A DNA stretch of 29,447 nt, taken from IMG/VR virus record IMGVR_UViG_3300017658_000230, positions 1-29,447 of that record; one strand, written 5' to 3'. A program made the translations under genes and the position numbers. This stretch comes from a virus. Its lineage: Duplodnaviria; Caudoviricetes. The notes beneath the pieces are model-generated. The model had not been told where the DNA came from. It saw only the letters and a list, made by a program, of their open reading frames with translations, and searched no databases. The first letter of the stretch is position 1. The number at the start of each line of letters is the position of its first letter. Below are positions 26,927-29,447 of the stretch, one piece after another.

Positions 26927-27455
26927 TCGTGATCAACTACAAATTATCCACAAACTAGGAAAGGTTAGAAATGCCAATAGAATACTCAAAGAGCTATCAC
27001 CTTACTTAGAATCCTACAGAGAAGAATATTCCACTATTTATTATTTAAATACTGAAGGTAGAGCATATGTAAATTCAAATAAAATTAGACGAAAGAATCC
27101 ATTTGTAAATCACACAATTATGAGAAACTATTTTTACATTTTTGCAAAGTGTCCTGTTGAATGGGATAACGAAATAAGTGTAACTGATGGGCTAACTACT
27201 TTAGTTACAGATACATGGTTTAAAGTAAATGGAAAGTATCACTTTCTAGAAGTGGATTCTTTACAAAAGATGAAAGAAAATCGAGCAAAGGTGAAGAATT
27301 ATCTAGCATTGTTTAATGCAGGACATCTAAAGAAACATTTTGGATACTTCCCACCTTTGATATGGCTGACTACAACTGAATTGAGAAGAAAGCAGTTAAA
27401 AGAATTGTGCAAGGAATTACCGTGTGTTGTTTATACGATTGATGAAATTAGATAG
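26862..27455 (+). CDS. Replication-relaxation family-like protein (winged HTH plus PD-(D/E)xK-type nuclease)
   Basis: N-terminal wHTH (LNRDQLQ...YYLNTEG); HTIMRN, VTDTWF, FLEVD and LIWLTTTELR motifs; overlaps ftsK by 65 nt. Confidence 0.72.
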   Translation: MKQLNKRQEAILLSLKKLDFLNRDQLQIIHKLGKVRNANRILKELSPYLESYREEYSTIYYLNTEGRAYVNSNKIRRKNPFVNHTIMRNYFYIFAKCPVEWDNEISVTDGLTTLVTDTWFKVNGKYHFLEVDSLQKMKENRAKVKNYLALFNAGHLKKHFGYFPPLIWLTTTELRRKQLKELCKELPCVVYTIDEIR

Positions 27456-27548
27456 CATTTTATCCTACGTGATATTGCAGGATATTGTTTGATAGTCAAC
27501 TATCTTTGTAGATATTTATTGATAAACATTTATAAGGGAGAGATTAAT

Positions 27549-27977
27549 ATGCAAACAATAGCATTTAATGAATTCATGGACGGTAGCTATAAAACAGCTA
27601 AGAAAGAAGTTAAGAAAAAATCTAATGTAGGTAAACTGGTAAGGAGAGTAGGAACTTCAATTGCTATTCCACTTATTATGGCTAAACCTGCCTTTGCTGC
27701 TAGTCCAACAGATGCAGTTCCAGTCGGTGCGACAGAGTGGATGGGAGAACAAACTTTATCAGCTTTAGCACATGCATTAGATCCATTAGTTGATGTACTA
27801 GTTGCGTTATCTTTTCCTGTTGCTAGTGTAATTATTGTAGGTGGCTGTTTCTTCTTTATGCTAGGTAATAGCGATAAGGCTTGGAGTACAATTCAAAATG
27901 CTGGATTAGGCTATGTATTGATACAGATTTCTCCGTTGATATTGAATGTGTTAAAGCAGATTGGGAATGCAGTATAA
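27549..27977 (+). CDS. VirB2/TrbC pilin-like membrane protein (142 aa)
   Basis: RBS AAGGGAG before ATG 27549. Basic leader, PAFAA cleavage-like motif, then two hydrophobic helices linked by GNSDKAW. Confidence 0.55.
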   Translation: MQTIAFNEFMDGSYKTAKKEVKKKSNVGKLVRRVGTSIAIPLIMAKPAFAASPTDAVPVGATEWMGEQTLSALAHALDPLVDVLVALSFPVASVIIVGGCFFFMLGNSDKAWSTIQNAGLGYVLIQISPLILNVLKQIGNAV

Positions 27978-28022
27978 AATTTTACGCGTTCAAAAAAAAA
28001 CTACAAATTTTAACAATTTTAT

Positions 28023-28050
28023 AAAGGATAATCCTTCCAAATAGTCGAAT
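28023..28050 (+). promoter_or_regulatory. Sigma-H-type promoter
   Basis: AAAGGATAA-N12-GTCGAAT matches RNAGGAWWW-N11/12-RNNGAAT. Confidence 0.6.
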
Positions 28051-28075
28051 TAGTAGACAAAAGGAAGGTGATAAG

Positions 28076-28486
28076 GTGGAAAATGGAGTTGCTAAAACAA
28101 TAAAAATCGTTGGTATATTAGAAATGTTAGCAGGATTTATTATTGGATATTTCTTAGGTAATGAAGGTACAGGTTATAGTAGTGAAATGCATGAATCAGT
28201 ATTTATTTACTGGGTAATTATTGGTTTTGTATCTGGTATGCTCTTTATCGGTTTTTCCGAGGTAATACAGTTACTGCATAATATCAATGAAAAACTTAGA
28301 AAGAAATTTGATACAACGGAAGGAGATAAGGAGTTAATAGAGAAATTACAGCGAATAAAGGAAACAAAAGTAAATATGAACAATGGCAAGAACATTATGA
28401 GAATAAAAAAGATATGTAAAATAATTATACCCTTCAAATTTGAGGGGTATTTTTTTTGCTTAAATATCCTAGTTTCTTCATTATAA
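28076..28486 (+). CDS. Two-TM membrane moron protein, probably frameshifted near 28340 (natural stop likely 28417-28419)
   Basis: Two hydrophobic segments followed by GFSEVIQLLHNI. The ORF as called runs through its own terminator. Confidence 0.6.
   Translation: MENGVAKTIKIVGILEMLAGFIIGYFLGNEGTGYSSEMHESVFIYWVIIGFVSGMLFIGFSEVIQLLHNINEKLRKKFDTTEGDKELIEKLQRIKETKVNMNNGKNIMRIKKICKIIIPFKFEGYFFCLNILVSSL
28427..28457 (+). terminator. Rho-independent terminator
   Basis: ATACCCTTCAA-AT-TTGAGGGGTAT followed by a T-run. Confidence 0.75.
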
Positions 28487-28599
28487 TATAGGTGAAAACT
28501 AAACCATAAAAATAGAAAATTATGATATATATGTGGACAACTGGTATTTATCATGGTATATTTTTCTTAACATAATAGGCGAGATTAATTAGTTAGATA

Positions 28600-28640
28600 A
28601 TCGTTGATAAATCAAGGTTTTTCATGATGATGATGCAAAT
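28600..28640. other. Prophage attR junction
   Basis: Inverted repeat TTGAT-AA-ATCAA followed by GGTTTTTC, directly abutting the yneF codons ATGATGATGATGCAAATG. Confidence 0.65.
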
Positions 28641-28710
28641 GGGAATGAAACCATCCCAAAAGAAAATCAATCAAATGATGTCAGCGATGAACAAACAGCA
28701 AGGCAAATAA
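28624..28710 (+). pseudogene. yneF: Orphaned 3' end of host yneF (UPF0154)
   Basis: Translates as [28 protein letters not shown], matching the YneF C-terminus as recalled. The N-terminal TM part is absent upstream. Confidence 0.88.
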
Positions 28711-28881
28711 GTTTGTTCCCTTGCTTTGCTGCGCTAGTTAAAGCAGACGGCAAAAATGGAAACGTTTGTGGCATTAAATGATGTGCATGTATAGGACAAG
28801 TTAAAGCTTCAATTTCTTATTAAATAGAAGCTTTTATTATAAATTGTTTTATTTATGCTTTATCTTTCATCAAAACAATCC

Positions 28882-28930
28882 AAAACCACTTTTCTCTTTG
28901 GACATGCATCCAATGGAAGAGTGGTTTTTT
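28882..28930 (+). terminator. Hairpin/terminator in the host intergenic region
   Basis: AAAACCACTTTTC...GAAGAGTGGTTTTTT with an inner TTGGA/TCCAA stem. Confidence 0.55.
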
Positions 28931-29192
28931 ATGTTGTTTGAAAATGCTCTAGGTGAGGGAAGGATGTATCATGGCAAGACTGGGAGATTTACAGCAAAGG
29001 CGATGAAAAATAAATGACAGCAATTAGCGATGAAAATTGTTTTTAATGGAGTGGCGCTATTGGCAGCAAGCAGACATCTTATGAAGTAAGTGTCTGATAA
29101 AATTGCAAAGTATGCCAGCAAAAAAAGTATCATAGGAAGAAACGAAAAAGCAGCAGTTTTTCTCTTTGGCTATGTGGATAGAAATTAAGGCA

Positions 29193-29238
29193 TTTCAGCA
29201 CCAGCCGATCTTTGGACTTTGGACTATTGGTGCTGAAA
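29193..29238. repeat. 11-bp inverted repeat downstream of ynzD (possible terminator)
   Basis: TTTCAGCACCA (29193-29203) and TGGTGCTGAAA (29228-29238). Confidence 0.5.
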
Positions 29239-29291
29239 CTAATGGGGGAAATGGTGAATGTAATGGTGTTGGGTCATTTGAGGGAAGGTAT

Positions 29292-29447
29292 TTAATTTTT
29301 TTTTTGTATGTTATATTTATTTAATAATTGATCGAGTTCTTGGCTGCAGGCAATGGTGGCATGTGAAGAGAATCCATATTTTTTGGCAGTATCAATTAAT
29401 TCCTCTCTTTTTGTTTCAATGAGATGCAATAAGTGTCCTTTTGACAT
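29292..29447 (-). CDS. ynzD: Spo0E-family aspartyl-phosphate phosphatase (51 aa; absent from the ORF track)
   Basis: Translated by hand as MSKGHLLHLIETKREELIDTAKKYGFSSHATIACSQELDQLLNKYNIQKKN*. It has the SQELD signature, and yneF-ynzD synteny matches B. subtilis. Confidence 0.85.
   Translation of the reverse strand: MSKGHLLHLIETKREELIDTAKKYGFSSHATIACSQELDQLLNKYNIQKKN

Larger units (their letters stand above)
1..28630 (+). mobile_element. Prophage (cos-type siphovirus, right part), ending at attR in yneF
   Basis: Contiguous co-oriented packaging, head, tail and lysis genes. The region ends where the 3' end of host yneF begins at 28624. The left end, integrase and immunity region are outside the window. 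Confidence 0.95.

Noticed and set aside
1225-28554. Many minus-strand and alternate-frame ORFs in the track (e.g. 10047-10826, 11208-11573, 12498-12851, 23440-23724, 28207-28554)
   Set aside because: They are shadows of well-supported plus-strand genes, with no recognisable motifs.
28711-29291. CRISPR array, tRNA or known ncRNA in the host intergenic region
   Set aside because: Only isolated hairpins are present; no repeat-spacer periodicity or cloverleaf was recognised.
29296-29305. 10-base homopolymer at the ynzD 3' end as a phase-variation tract
   Set aside because: It lies after the SQELD core at the extreme C-terminus, so slippage would change only the tail. It could also be a sequencing artefact.

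Overview
The window is AT-rich Bacillaceae-type chromosomal DNA. Almost all of it (1 to about 28625) is the right-hand part of a cos-type, HK97-fold siphovirus prophage. In order it carries: an HNH endonuclease and small accessory genes; the packaging HNH, cos, terS, terL, portal, ClpP-type protease and capsid; head-tail joining genes; the tail tube; a tail chaperone with a -1 frameshift; the tape measure with an SLT domain; Dit and Tal; and two further adsorption proteins. Two accessory modules stand out. (i) A ribbon-helix-helix gene and a divergent XerD-like tyrosine recombinase lie between the tail-fibre and lysis genes, with a consensus sigma-A promoter, a LexA-box-like site and a 24-bp perfect palindrome between them. 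(ii) After the lysin come an HTH gene and an FtsK/SpoIIIE ATPase, a replication-relaxation-like protein and a VirB2/TrbC pilin-like protein, preceded by a sporulation sigma-E/K-like promoter. The prophage ends at an attR where the orphaned 3' end of host yneF begins, followed by a host ynzD-like Spo0E phosphatase gene on the minus strand. All family calls come from recognising motifs and synteny by eye; no searches were run.
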